A stretch of DNA of 64,000 nt from an uncultured Alphaproteobacteria bacterium (GTDB lineage: Bacteria > Pseudomonadota > Alphaproteobacteria > Rhizobiales > Xanthobacteraceae). Positions 1 through 11,086 of this stretch are shown piece by piece (position 1 is the stretch's first letter; every line of letters begins with the position of its first letter). The DNA is taken from positions 22,286-86,285 of the forward strand of contig CAWIZF010000033.1 of the NCBI GenBank assembly GCA_963840465.1, written 5' to 3'. The notes under the pieces were generated by a model. That model was not told the origin of the DNA, made no database searches, and saw only the letters and a program-made list of their open reading frames with translations. The translations under genes and the position numbers were made by a program.

Positions 1-25
1 GCCGGAGACGACGGCGGCGGAGTAA
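1..25 (+). CDS. 3' end of an upstream gene truncated by the window edge (...PETTAAE*)
   Basis: Frame ccg gag acg acg gcg gcg gag taa (stop 23-25), followed by a REP element; too short to identify. Confidence 0.4.
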
Positions 26-35
26 GCGCTGCGTG

Positions 36-123
36 GTAGCCCGGGTGAAGCGAAGCGAAACCCGGGGGCTCCCCGCACGCTGATGGCCCGATCCCGGATT
101 GCGCTTCGCTCCATCCGGGCTAC
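36..123. repeat. GTAG-type REP doublet (GTAGCCCGG family)
   Basis: GTAGCCCGGGTGAAGCGAAGCGAAACCCGGG ... CCCGGATTGCGCTTCGCTCCATCCGGGCTAC; same family as 47028-47109. Confidence 0.9.
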
Positions 124-158
124 GATGATCCCAATCAAGAACGGTTGGGAGAACGCCC

Positions 159-1052
159 ATGAGCTCGTTGTCCGGCAAACAAGGCCCGCGCTACCGCCAC
201 GCCGCCGGCGAATCTGACCCTTACGAGACCATCGGCGTCGAAAAACTCACCCCGATCATCGGCGCGGAGATTTCCGGCGTCGATATCGGCAAGCTCGTCT
301 CGGACGATTCGCGCTCCAATCGCCAGATGGACGAGATCCATCGCGCGCTCGCCGAAAACCTCGTGATCTTCTTCCGCGACCAGCACATCAGCCCGGCCCA
401 GCATCTGGCCTTCGGCCGCAAGTTCGGCGAATTGCATGTGCATCCGGCGGCGCCCAACGAGGGCGACCCGGCGCTGATGAAGATCTATGCCGACAAGGAT
501 TGCCCGCGCGCCAATGGCGAGGGCTGGCACAGCGATGTTTCCTGCGACGTCGAGCCGCCGATGGGCTCGATCCTCTACATCAGGCAATGCCCGCCGCGCG
601 GCGGCGACACGCTGTTCGCCAACATGTACGCCGCCTACGAGGCGCTGTCGGACCGCATGAAGGCCTATCTCGACGGGCTCACCGCGCTGCACGACGGCGA
701 GCAGACCTATCGCGGGCTCTACGCCAATTACGGCGTCGCCGACCGGCCGGAATATCCGCGCGCCGAGCACCCGGTGGTGCGCACCCACCCGGTGACGGGC
801 AAGAAGGCGCTCTACGTCAACCGCGGCTTCACCCGCTTTATCATCGGCATCCCCCGCGACGAGAGCGACGCCATGCTGGCCTATCTCTACCAGCACGCGG
901 AGAACCCGCTGTTCCAGTGCCGCTTCCGCTGGACGGAAAACGCCATCGCCTTCTGGGACAACCGCTGCGCCCAGCACCGCGCGATGTGGGATTACTGGCC
1001 GCACACAAGATCAGGCACGCGCGTGACGGTGAAGGGCGAGCGGCCGGTATGA
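159..1052 (+). CDS. TauD/TfdA family Fe(II)/2-oxoglutarate dioxygenase
   Basis: LTPIIGAEISG, WHSDVS (HxD), GGDTLFAN, HPVVRTHPVTG and WDNRCAQHRA motifs. Confidence 0.93.
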   Translation: MSSLSGKQGPRYRHAAGESDPYETIGVEKLTPIIGAEISGVDIGKLVSDDSRSNRQMDEIHRALAENLVIFFRDQHISPAQHLAFGRKFGELHVHPAAPNEGDPALMKIYADKDCPRANGEGWHSDVSCDVEPPMGSILYIRQCPPRGGDTLFANMYAAYEALSDRMKAYLDGLTALHDGEQTYRGLYANYGVADRPEYPRAEHPVVRTHPVTGKKALYVNRGFTRFIIGIPRDESDAMLAYLYQHAENPLFQCRFRWTENAIAFWDNRCAQHRAMWDYWPHTRSGTRVTVKGERPV

Positions 1053-1056
1053 TTTC

Positions 1057-1132
1057 GTAGGGCGGATTAGCGAAGCGTAATCCGCCATCTCTCGCGATAA
1101 TCGGCGGATTACGCTCCGCTAATCCGCCCTAC
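1057..1132. repeat. GTAG-type REP doublet (GTAGGGCGGATTAGC family)
   Basis: GTAGGGCGGATTAGCGAAGCGTAATCCGCC ... GGCGGATTACGCTCCGCTAATCCGCCCTAC inverted pair. Confidence 0.92.
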
Positions 1133-1144
1133 GAAGATGCTAAG

Positions 1145-1173
1145 TTGACGCATTGCTCCGCCTGCGTCAGTCT
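1145..1173 (+). promoter_or_regulatory. Candidate sigma70 promoter for the Rieske oxygenase
   Basis: TTGACG-N17-CAGTCT upstream of the GGAGG RBS and ATG 1209. Confidence 0.35.
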
Positions 1174-1208
1174 TGGTCAAAAGCAAAAATCAATCCGGAG
1201 GTCGCCCC

Positions 1209-2549
1209 ATGCTCCGCGCCGAAGACAACAAATTCCTCACCGAGAGCGGTGCCGGCACCGGCATGGGCGAATTGCTCCGCCGCTTCTGGATCCCCGTGCT
1301 GTTGTCCGAAGAATTGCCCGAGGCCGACGGCACGCCGAAAAAGATCATGGTCATGGGCGAGGAGCTGCTCGCCTTCCGCGATACCCGCGGCGTGGTCGGC
1401 GTCATCGATCAATATTGCCCGCACCGCGGCGCCAATCTCTGGCTGGGGCGCAACGAGGAATGCGGCATCCGCTGCGTCTATCACGGCTGGAAGTTCGATA
1501 CCGACGGCCGCTGCGTCGACATGCCGACCTCCTATCCCGACCTCAACGCCAAAGACCTGATCCGCATCAAGTCGTATCCGGTGCGCGAATGGGGCGACAT
1601 GATCTGGGCCTATATGGGTCCAGTCGATCAGGTGCCCGAACTGCCCGATCTGGAAATGGCGCTGCTGCCGCCTTCGCATCGCTACGTCTCGAAGAAATGG
1701 CAGGACTGCAACTGGGTGCAGGCGCTGGAAGGCTCGATCGACACCGCGCATTTCACCTTCGCGCATCTCTCCTTCGAAAAGGAAGAGAACGAAATCCTCG
1801 ACATCAAGAAGCACTTTGTGAATCCGCTTGTCCGGGTCGCGACCGACCACATGCGATGGATCGCCGAGGACCCGCGGCCGGTGATCAAGATCAATCCGCA
1901 CGAGGCCGGGCTCACCGTCGCGGGCGGGCGGTTGACCGGCTCCGACAATATCTACTGGCGTATCGCCCAGTTCCTGATGCCGGTGCATGCCTATGCGCCG
2001 AGCTCGATGCCGGGCGAGAATATTTTCGGCCAGACCTTCGTTCCGGTGACGGATACCAATTGCTGGATCTACACCTATGCGTGGAATCCGGAACGCCCGC
2101 TGACGCAGGCCGAGCGCGACGGTTACGACCGCGGCAACGGCGTGATGGCCGTGGTCGACGAGAATTACGTGCCGCTGCGCAACAAGTCGAACGACTATCT
2201 GATCGATCGCAAGCTGCAGAAGACGAGTAGCTACACCGGCATCAAGGGCGTGTCCGAACAGGACGCCGCGGTGCAGGACAGCCAGGGGCCGATCGCCGAC
2301 CGCACCCGCGAACATCTCGGTCCGACCGATCTCGGCATCATGCATTTCCGCAAGCTGGTGATGGATGCCGCCCGCGCGCTGCAGAACGGCGAGGCGCCGC
2401 CGCACCTGAAGCATCAGCATCGCTATGCGGTGCGCTCCGGCGCCTGCGTCACCAGCAAGGCCAAGGACCTCACCGCGGTCATGATCGAGCGGTTCGGCGA
2501 CGCGGCGGGGTATGTCGGCAGGCCGGGCAGGAACGCAGCGGCGGAGTAA
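1209..2549 (+). CDS. Rieske non-heme iron oxygenase alpha subunit (phthalate 4,5-dioxygenase/LigX-like)
   Basis: Rieske CPHRG...CVYHGW; mononuclear Fe motif EGSIDTAHFTFAH; QDAAVQDSQG; GGAGG RBS before ATG 1209. Confidence 0.9.
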   Translation: MLRAEDNKFLTESGAGTGMGELLRRFWIPVLLSEELPEADGTPKKIMVMGEELLAFRDTRGVVGVIDQYCPHRGANLWLGRNEECGIRCVYHGWKFDTDGRCVDMPTSYPDLNAKDLIRIKSYPVREWGDMIWAYMGPVDQVPELPDLEMALLPPSHRYVSKKWQDCNWVQALEGSIDTAHFTFAHLSFEKEENEILDIKKHFVNPLVRVATDHMRWIAEDPRPVIKINPHEAGLTVAGGRLTGSDNIYWRIAQFLMPVHAYAPSSMPGENIFGQTFVPVTDTNCWIYTYAWNPERPLTQAERDGYDRGNGVMAVVDENYVPLRNKSNDYLIDRKLQKTSSYTGIKGVSEQDAAVQDSQGPIADRTREHLGPTDLGIMHFRKLVMDAARALQNGEAPPHLKHQHRYAVRSGACVTSKAKDLTAVMIERFGDAAGYVGRPGRNAAAE

Positions 2550-2566
2550 GGCTCAACTCCCACCAT

Positions 2567-2695
2567 CGTCATTGTGAGCGATTCGTAGGGTGGGCAAAGG
2601 AGCGAAGCGACGTGCCCACCATCCGTCAGTCACCGAGCTGCGAGAGATGGTGGGCACGCTTCGCTTTGCCCACCCTACGGCATCTCGCAATGACG
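2567..2695. repeat. GTAGGGTGGGCAAA-family REP doublet (2585-2678) nested inside the ends of a CGTCATTGCGAG-family REP
   Basis: Inner inverted pair GTAGGGTGGGCAAAG.../...CTTTGCCCACCCTAC; outer ends CGTCATTGTGAG (2567-2578) and CTCGCAATGACG (2684-2695). Confidence 0.88.
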
Positions 2696-2699
2696 GCTT

Positions 2700-4314
2700 C
2701 TATAACGGCATCTTCCGATACTCCCGGTTGCTCAGACTCGCTTCCTCCAGATCGAGGTCGCGTTCGATCCGCCGCCTGGTTTCGTCGGTGATCTTGCCGT
2801 CGCGCAGCAGGACGTGGATGAATTTCCGTTCGGCCGCGATCAATTCCCGCGTCAGCGCGGTGCCGGCCGCCGAGACGTCGTGGCCGGCGGGATCGAGCGA
2901 GGCCGGTAGCTGATTGGTCCGGATCTCGTGCCGCGCGCGCAGCAGCTTGACGACCTCGTCGGAGAGTTCGCGGTCGTCGGTGATGGCATCGAGCGACTTG
3001 AGCGCGGCATCGAGTGCCTCGCGCCGCGCCGCGATCTCGGATTCATGTTCCGCGATATGCTCCTGGCGGCCGTCCTTGGCGACGCCGAGCCATCGCACCA
3101 CCAGCGGCAATCCCGACCCAAGCCCGACCAGCGTGATGAAGATGACGCCGAAGGCGACGAACAGGATCATGTCGCGATAGGGAAAGCCTTCGCCGTCCGG
3201 GCAGCGCAAGCGGCAGCGCCAGCGCGGCGGCGAGCGACACGGCGCCGCGCACGCCGGTGAAGCGCAGACACGAACGTGACCCGCCAGGATGGCGCCGGAT
3301 CCCGTTCACGCAATCGCTTGCTGAGGATGCGCGGCAGGTAGACTGCAGGATAAACCCAGGCAAAGCGGGCGATGATGACGATGGCGACGACGAGCGCGGT
3401 CGTGAACACGATCTCCTGGAGCGGAAACGCCTTGGATTTTTCGTAGACAGCAGTCGCATCTGGGATCCCGTAAGCAGGAACAGCATGCCCTCGATCAGAA
3501 AGATCACGAGGTCCCAGAAGAAGATGCCCTGCAGGCGGGTCGCCGACGGAGATCAGCAGCGGTCCGTTCCAGCTCATGTAGAGCCCGCAGGCGACGGTCG
3601 CGATCACGCCGGAGCCGCCGAGATGCTCGGGGATCCAGAAGGCGATGTAGGGGGTGATCAGCGACAGCGTGATCTCGATCTGCGGATCCCGCGCGCGATG
3701 TCGTGCGCGCAGGGAGAGCCAGCCGATTGCCAGCGCCGAACAGGATCTCGCAGACGACGATGGCCGCGAAGGTGCCGGTGGCCTTCGGCAGCGAGAACAG
3801 CCCGGTCGAAATGGCCGCGACCGCGAACCGGTAGAGGATCAACGCGGTGGCGTCGTTGGCAAGCCCTTCGCCCTCGAGCACGACGAGGATACGGCGCGGC
3901 ATGCCCAGTTTGCGCGCAATTGCGAGCGGCGCCACCACGTCCGGCGGGGCAACGATCGCCCCCAGCAGGAAGCCGACGCTCCAGGGCAGTCCGATCAGGT
4001 AATGCGTCGCGGCGGCAACCGTGAACGCCGTGAAGATCACGCAGCCGACCGACGAGCAGGATGATCGGCCGCAGGTTGGATTTGAATTCGCGCCAGCTCA
4101 TGGCGACGCTCGCCGAATAGATCAACGGCGGCAGCACCATCAGCAGCACCAGATCCGGCGGCAGTTCCACGGCCGGCATGCCCGGCACGAAGGCGAGCGC
4201 AATGCCGGCGAGCATCAGCAGGATGGCCGGCGCGATGTTGATCCGGCGCGCCAGCAGCGCGGTTCCTGCCAGCACGGCGAGCAGGATCATAAAGATCTGA
4301 AACTTGGCTTCCAT
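2700..4314 (-). CDS. Na+/H+ antiporter, CPA1 family; several frameshifts in this sequence
   Basis: Pieces in successive frames: VLPPLIY, GAIVAPPDVVA, LEGEGLANDATAL, GVRGAVSLAAAL, C-terminal ERDLDLEE. Confidence 0.88.
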
Positions 4315-4501
4315 GATCGCCCCCCTTCGCAGGGAAAAACCGCGGGGTCAATGCGCGAGCGCGCGTACTCACGGACGAACGGCGAAGCGGTTTCAGGCCG
4401 CCTCTGACAAATTTGTGAGCCTCTGCGGCCGAACCCGCCCGATCGATGCCCCGTACCAGCGAAGACCCTGCGTTGGCAGGCGAAGAGGCGGGAGCATTGC
4501 G

Positions 4502-5867
4502 ATGAAACATATTGGTCAGCATGCCATTGTGATCGGCGCCAGCATGGGCGGTCTGTTGGCCGCGCGCGCGCTGTCGGATTTCTACGCCGTCGTCACCGTG
4601 CTGGAGCGCGATGCGTTTCCGCAGTCGGATATTCCGCGCAAGGGCGTGCCGCAGGGGCGCCATGCGCACGGCCTGCTGGCGCGCGGCCGCAACGTGATCG
4701 AGAATTTCTTTCCGGGCTGGACCGATGAGGTCGTCGCCAGCGGCGGTGTCAGGGGCGACATTGCCGGCGACGTGAGCTGGATCGGCCATGGTGTCACGAT
4801 CAAATCGGCCCCGAGCGATCTGGTCGGATTGCTGGCCCCCCGCCCGGTGCTGGAAGGCCATGTGCGCCGCCGCCTGATGGCGTTGTCGAATGTGCGCGTG
4901 ATCGAGAATTGCGCAGTGCAGGGGCTGATCGCCGAGGATGGCAAGACGACGATCAAGGGCGTGCGCGCCAGGATTGGCGACGGCGAGGAGCACCGCATCA
5001 CGGCCGATCTCGTGGTCGATGCGTCCGGCCGCGGCTCGTCGAGCCCGGCCTGGCTCGAGAGCCTTGGTTTCGCCAAGCCGGAAGAAGAGCGGATCGAGAT
5101 CGGGATCGGCTACACCACGCGCCACTATCGCCGCCGTCCAACCGATCTCGACGGCAAGCTCGCGGTCGTCGTCGCCGGCAGCGGGCCGAACTGGCGCAAC
5201 GGCGTGGTCCTGTACCAGGCCGAGGATCGCTGGATCGTCTCGATCGGCGGCTATTTCGGCGACCATGCCCCCGACGACGACCAGTTGTTCGCCGCCTATG
5301 CCGGCTCGTTGCCGACATCTGACATCTACGACATCGTTGCCCATGCCGAGCCGCTCGGCGATTTCGTCCGCTATCGCTATCCGGCGAATCTTGAGGCGGC
5401 GCTACGAGCGGCTGGCGGAATTTCCAAAAGGCTATCTGGTGTTCGGCGACGCCTTGTGCAGCTTCAATCCGGTCTACGGCCAGGGCATGACGGTGGCGGC
5501 GCAGGAAGCGATGCTGTTGCGCGAATGCCTCGATGCCGGCGCGGCCGATCTGGCGCGGCGCTTCTTCGCGCGCGCCGCTGACGTGATCGATACGCCCTGG
5601 GACATCGCCGTCGGCAACGATTTGCGGCATCCGAAGGTCGAGGGACCGCGCCCGCCGAAGGTGCGCTTCATCAACTGGTATATCGGCAAGCTGCACATGG
5701 CCGCGCGTTACGACGCAAAGCTGGCGACCGCCTTTCTCGAGGTCGCCAATCTGGAGGCGCCGCCGACACGGCTGCTGCAACCGGCCGTCGTGATGCGCGT
5801 GATCCGGGGCAATCTTGGCCGCCGCAGCGGCGGCACGGAGACCGCACCGGCGGGCGCGCAAGCCTGA
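4502..5867 (+). CDS. FAD-dependent oxidoreductase/monooxygenase; frameshift at ~5391
   Basis: HAIVIGASMGGL Rossmann motif, DLVVDASGRGS; after the shift GDALCSFNPVYGQGMT. Confidence 0.88.
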
Positions 5868-5874
5868 GTGGATA

Positions 5875-6250
5875 TTACTCGCGCAGATCGTAGCGGTAGG
5901 ATTTCGAGACGATCTTCCAGCCGTCGCTCAGTTTCATCGCCACCAGATAATCGGTGAAATAGCGCGGCGGCAACTGGCAGCGCACCTTGATGAAGGCGGT
6001 CTGATCGTCGGAGCGGTCGATCGTGACGATGAAATCCTCGCGCGGCTTGCCTTCGGCCTTGGCGGAGGGGCGCTTGCGCACGCGATCGAGCCAGTCCGGC
6101 ACGGTCAGCACCTGCAACTCGCCCTTCTCCAGCCAGCGCAAATCGGCGGTGGTGTCGAAGATCGCGCCGAGCTTGTCGGCATCGCCCTCATACAGGCCAT
6201 CGAAATAGTTCTTCACCACGGCTTCGACGGTCGATCGGTCAGTGACTCAC
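5875..6250 (-). CDS. NTF2-like / lumazine-binding family protein; probable 1-nt insertion near the start (6241)
   Basis: YFDGLYEGD...FTDYL...WKIVSK; removing one base gives a GTG start MSHDRSTVEAVVKNY behind a GGAGAAGG RBS. Confidence 0.8.
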
Positions 6251-6578
6251 GGCCTTCTCCCGGCAAACGAAAAATTGTTCGAGGTGAATTAAGCCATGAA
6301 CCGGCTGGTTGCGCTATTGAGAAAAGGCGAACGCTCGCATCGCTGCGGAAGAATGCGCGTGTCCTGCGGGGCTGCCCTCAGGGCCGCGGCCTTGACCCGG
6401 GAACCCGGCCGGAAACGGCATCGGCGACGGCCGAACCTCGCGGCCCGCTCGCCTGACTAAGGATATGGCAAGGGCACAATTCACGTCTGCCGTGGATCGT
6501 GACTTAACTCACAAAGCCGGACTGTGGCTTCTGGTAGGCAGGCCGGTGTGGTAAAAAGTACAAGGCTCCGGAGGAGTC

Positions 6579-8356
6579 ATGATGATGTCTGGATCGCTAA
6601 AATTGTGCCGATGGGCACTTGCAGCCGCCGCCTTCCTGCTGGTGAGCGGGCCGGCCTTTGCCGAAAAGCGCGTGGCGCTGGTGCTGGGCAATTCCGCCTA
6701 CCAGAATGTCGCACCGCTGACCAATCCCGTTAACGACAGCGCCAGGATCGCGTCGACGCTGAAGGACGCCGGCTTCGACGTCGTCGATTCCCGCCGCGAC
6801 CTGCCGGCGGCCGAGACCCGTCGCGCGCTGCGCGACTTCGCCGATCGCGCGCGCGATGCCGATATCGCGGTGGTCTATTACGCCGGCCACGGCATCGAGG
6901 TGGACGGCGCGAACTACCTGATTCCGGTCGACGCGCGGCTGGAACGCGACACCGACATCTATGACGAAGGCCTCTCGCTCGACCGCATCCTGATCGCGAT
7001 CGAGCCGGCCAAGAAGCTGCGGCTGGTGATTCTCGACGCCTGCCGCGACAATCCGTTTTCCCGGACCATGAAGCGCACGGTCGCTTCGCGCGCGATCGGG
7101 CAGGGCCTGGCCAAGGTCGAGCCGACCAGCCCGAACGTCCTGATCGCCTATTCGGCCAAGGCCGGTTCCACCGCGGCCGATGGCGACGGCCAGAACAGCC
7201 CGTTCACGTCGGCGCTGTCGCACCATCTGACGAAGCCCGGGCTCGACGTGCGGCGCGCGTTCGGCTTCGTCCGCGACGAGGTGCTCAAGACCACGGGCAA
7301 CAAGCAGGAACCCTTTGTGTATGGTTCGCTCGGCGGTGAAGACGTGCCGCTGGTGCCGGCCCGCCCGGCGCCCGCGGCGGCGGCCCCTGCGACGCCCGCC
7401 CTCAGCGCGCAGGCCGAAGCCCGCCGCGATTACGAACTCGCGCTGCAGATCGGCAACAAGAGCGCGCTCAACGCCTTCCTCGCGCAATATCCCGATGGCT
7501 TCTACGCCAGCCTTGCCAAGCTTCAGCTCGACAAGATCGCCGCCGAGGAAACGCGCGTCGCCGCGACCGAAAAGGCGCGGCTGGCCGAACAGGAGCGGGC
7601 ACGGCTCGCCGCCGAGGGCGCCCAGAAGTCGCAACAGGCAAAGGCCGAAGCGGAAGCCAGAGCCGCCGAGCAGGCGCGCATCGCGGCTGAAAAGGCCAAG
7701 CAGGTGGCGCAGGATCAGGCGGCTGCGGCCGAACAGAAGCGCGTCGCCACCGAAAGCGCCGCCGCCGACAAGGCGTCCGCCCGGCCCCGGCCGACAAGGC
7801 GGTGAACGTTGCCGCCCTCGCCGCGGGACCGCCGCAGGCCGACGTCACCAAGTCGGTGCAGGCCGAACTGCGCCGCGTCGGCTGCCTGACCGGCAACGCC
7901 GACGGCAACTGGAACAACGCCTCGCAGCGGTCGCTGACGCAGTTCAACCGCTATGCCGGAACCAGGCTCGACACCAAGGTCGCCAGCGTCGATACGCTCG
8001 ATACCATCAAGCTGAAGTCGTCACGGGTGTGCCCGCTGGTCTGCGAACACGGCTTCCAGGCCGATGGCGACCGCTGCACCAGGATCATCTGTGCCGAGGG
8101 CTCGTTCCTCAACGACGACAATGAATGCGAGAAGCGTCGCGCCAGGAAGCCGGTGGCAACGCGCGACAGGCCGGAATCACGGCGCGTTCCCGAAGCAAGG
8201 CAAGTTCCGGAAGCAACAAAGCGAGTTTACTATCACGCGTTCTCAAACACCGCGTGGTCGCGGGGCTGGGGTCCGAAGGCCAGCCGCTTACCGGCCATGA
8301 ACGCGCGGTGGGTTGCAACTCGTACCAGTCCATCATGTCGGGAGTTTGCCCCATAA
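6579..8356 (+). CDS. Secreted caspase-family (peptidase C14) protein with Ala/Glu/Lys-rich linker and Cys-rich C-terminus; frameshifts at ~7790 and near the end
   Basis: Signal peptide ending AFA-EKRVALVLGN; catalytic YYAGHG and ILDACR; NSPFT; QEPFVYGSL; C-terminal CPLVCEHG...CTRIICAEG...EC. Confidence 0.88.
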
Positions 8357-8462
8357 GCAACAGCGGCGTGATCGAAGACGGCCGAGGCGTCCGGCGGCCA
8401 CTCTATGTTGACGGCAGCGGCAGCGAACTCCGGGGCCCGATTCAAGGCCGGGACGACAGGCG

Positions 8463-9143
8463 TCAGATCGCACTCCCGGCGATATTGACCATCAACGCGA
8501 TCAGCGCGGTGTTGAACACGAACGAGATGATGCCGTGCACGGTCGCGGTGCGGCGGATGATCTTGTCGGTGATGCCGACGTCGGAAACCTGCGCGGTCAT
8601 GCCGATCACGAACGAGAAGTAGACGAAGTCCCAGTAGTCCGCCTCGGCATGTGCGTCGCCGCTCGGAAACTGCAGGCCGCCGGGCTTTTTGTCGCGGTAG
8701 AATTCGTGCGCGTAGTGCAGCGAGAAGGCGGTATGAACGATCGCCCAGGACAGCACGATCGTCACGTGGCCAGGGTCAGCCCGGCCGGGTTGCCCTTCGA
8801 GGCGCCGAGCTCGATCACGATGGCGCGCGAGGCTCGCGAAGGCGCCGAGCGCGGTCAACAGCAGCAGCAGGAAACGCCCGTCGTCCTGCATCACCGCGCT
8901 GCGCCTGATATGGGCGACGTCACAGCGCAGCATCATGATATAGGCGAGCACGAGATACAGCGCGGTGAAGACGTCCCAGCCGACGACAAGCCGCGTCGGC
9001 AGCCGCAGGGTACCGGGCAGCAGCAGGAACGCGACGACGCCGACCGCGAGCGCGATGAAGGTGCGCGGCCTGCCGTAGACCACGCGGACCGGCAGCGGCA
9101 GATTGCGGAACCGAACAAGGTCCTTTTCGAATTCCTTGTTCAT
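8463..9143 (-). CDS. DUF1345 membrane protein (compensating internal frameshifts ~8765-8830)
   Basis: FSLHYAHEFY, ADYWDFVYFSFVIGMTAQVSDV, HGIISFVFN. Confidence 0.85.
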   Translation of the reverse strand: MNKEFEKDLVRFRNLPLPVRVVYGRPRTFIALAVGVVAFLLLPGTLRLPTRLVVGWDVFTALYLVLAYIMMLRCDVAHIRRSAVMQDDGRFLLLLLTALGAFASLARHRDRARRLEGQPGRADPGHVTIVLSWAIVHTAFSLHYAHEFYRDKKPGGLQFPSGDAHAEADYWDFVYFSFVIGMTAQVSDVGITDKIIRRTATVHGIISFVFNTALIALMVNIAGSAI

Positions 9144-9161
9144 CCGCCGCCTTTGTCGCTG

Positions 9162-10084
9162 CTAGTTCTTGCGCTCCGCGACGAAGCGTGCGGCCGCCCG
9201 CAATACGTCGCCCTTTGCTCCGAAGATCGACAAGTGCTGAAATCGGCGCGCGCCAGCAGATCGCGCACGCGCTGCTTGGCGCCGTCGATGCCGAGCTGGG
9301 TAACAAAGGTGGTCTTGCCGAGCGCCGCATCGGCGCCGGCCGGCTTGCCGAGCGCTGCGGCGTCGCCCTCGACGTCGAGCAGGTCGTCGGCGATCTGGAA
9401 CGCCTCGCCGAGCGCGCGGCCGTAATCGTCGAGCGCCTGGTATTCCTTCTCCGTGGACTGGCCGAGGATGGCACCGGCGATGCAGCCATAGCGCAACAGC
9501 GCGCCGGTCTTCATCTGCTGCAGCCGCGCCACGTCGACCGGTTCGCGGTCGCCGAACCGGCCTTCGCCCGCGAGGTCGAGGATCTGGCCGCCGACCATGC
9601 CGCCGATGCCGGAGGCGCGCGCCAGCGCCCGCGTCAGCAGCAGACGCACGGTGGCGTCCTTATGGATCTCGTCGCGGGTGACGATGTCGAATGCCAGCGT
9701 CAGCAGCCCGTCGCCGGCGAGGATCGCGGTGGCGTCGTCGGTCTGCTTGTGCAGCGTGGGGCGGCCACGGCGCAGGTCGCTGTTGTCCATCGCCGGCAGA
9801 TCGTCATGGATCAGGGAATAGCAATGGATGCATTCCAGCGCGGCGCCGACCAGAAGGGCGGCCTCGCGCGGAACGCCGAACACGGCGGAACTTTCGACCA
9901 CCAGAAACGGCCGCAGCCGCTTTCCGCCGCCGAGGCTGGAATAGCGCATCGCGTCCATCAGGCGCTTCGGCCGGGTGATCTCGTCGGGCAACAGCGTATC
10001 GGACAACAGCTTCGCCAGCAGGGCTTCGGTATCGTCCGCGGTCTGGTCCAGTCGCTTGGCAAAATCGGCAGTGGCGATCGTCAT
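9162..10084 (-). CDS. ispA: Farnesyl diphosphate synthase / geranyltranstransferase; insertions at ~9232-9242 near the C-terminus
   Basis: GGKRLRP, SLIHDDLPAMD, RRGRPT, KTGAL, FQIADDLLD; corrected frame ends ...ERKN* at 9162. Confidence 0.92.
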
Positions 10085-10261
10085 TAAGAATAGCTCCAGA
10101 TCAATTTGGCCGGACAATCGTTGATGCCAAGGGCTTCGTCAATTCCATGACGGAGGTCACAAAAGCGCTGGAAAACGCACTAGATATCATGGAGATGTCA
10201 CGTGGGTGGGGCCTATTGATCGCCCCGGGGGCCGGCTTGGGCCGAACCGGAAGCATCCAGT

Positions 10262-10933
10262 TTGCGCATTCTGCGAAATTTAGTGCTGATCCTGCTCGCG
10301 GTGCTGTTGCTGCCTTACCTGGTGACGCCGTTCTACCGGACCGGCCATCCGGTGTCGGCGCTGATGGCCTGGCGCTGGCTCACGGGCGCGCCGGTGTCGC
10401 GGCAATGGATCGATTTCAACGCGATTTCGCCCGCGTTGCCGCGCTCGGTGGTGGGCTCCGAGGACGCCAAATTCTGCAGCCATCGGGGCGTCGACTGGAG
10501 CGCGTTGCAGGACGCGATCGACGACGCGGAGGATGGCGAGCCTGCCCGCGGCGGCTCGACCATCACCCAGCAGGTGGCGAAAAACCTGTTCCTGTGGCCG
10601 GGCCGCAGCGTGGTCCGCAAGGCGCTGGAACTGCCGCTGGCGATGTGGATCGATTTCGTGCTGCCCAAGCAGCGGATCCTGGAAATCTATCTCAACATCG
10701 CCGAACTCGGCCCGTCCGGGCAGTTCGGGGCCGAGGCCGGCGCGATGTATGCGTTCGGCCGTTCGGCGGCCACGCTTTCGGCGCGCGAGGCCGCCTTGCT
10801 GGCGGCGATCCTGCCCAACCCCGTCAGGCGAAGCGCCCGCAACCCCGGCCCCGGGGTACGCCGCCTGGCCGGGACCTATATGGCGCGGGCGGGCGCAGTG
10901 CAGCGCTGCTGGAGCGAAAATCGTGCTTTTTGA
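10262..10933 (+). CDS. mtgA: Monofunctional biosynthetic peptidoglycan transglycosylase
   Basis: [40 protein letters not shown]. Confidence 0.93.
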   Translation: MRILRNLVLILLAVLLLPYLVTPFYRTGHPVSALMAWRWLTGAPVSRQWIDFNAISPALPRSVVGSEDAKFCSHRGVDWSALQDAIDDAEDGEPARGGSTITQQVAKNLFLWPGRSVVRKALELPLAMWIDFVLPKQRILEIYLNIAELGPSGQFGAEAGAMYAFGRSAATLSAREAALLAAILPNPVRRSARNPGPGVRRLAGTYMARAGAVQRCWSENRAF

Positions 10934-11086
10934 GCCAATTTTCGGCCTCTTTAACCGCAAGCTGGCCTAGCTTTACGCCATCCCATCCTCTATAAGCGCG
11001 GCCTTATCGGCATCGCAGCCCGCGCGCGCAGCGCTGGGCCGTCCGGCTTCGGACGATGCCTCCGACAACACCCCTAGAGGACCGTT

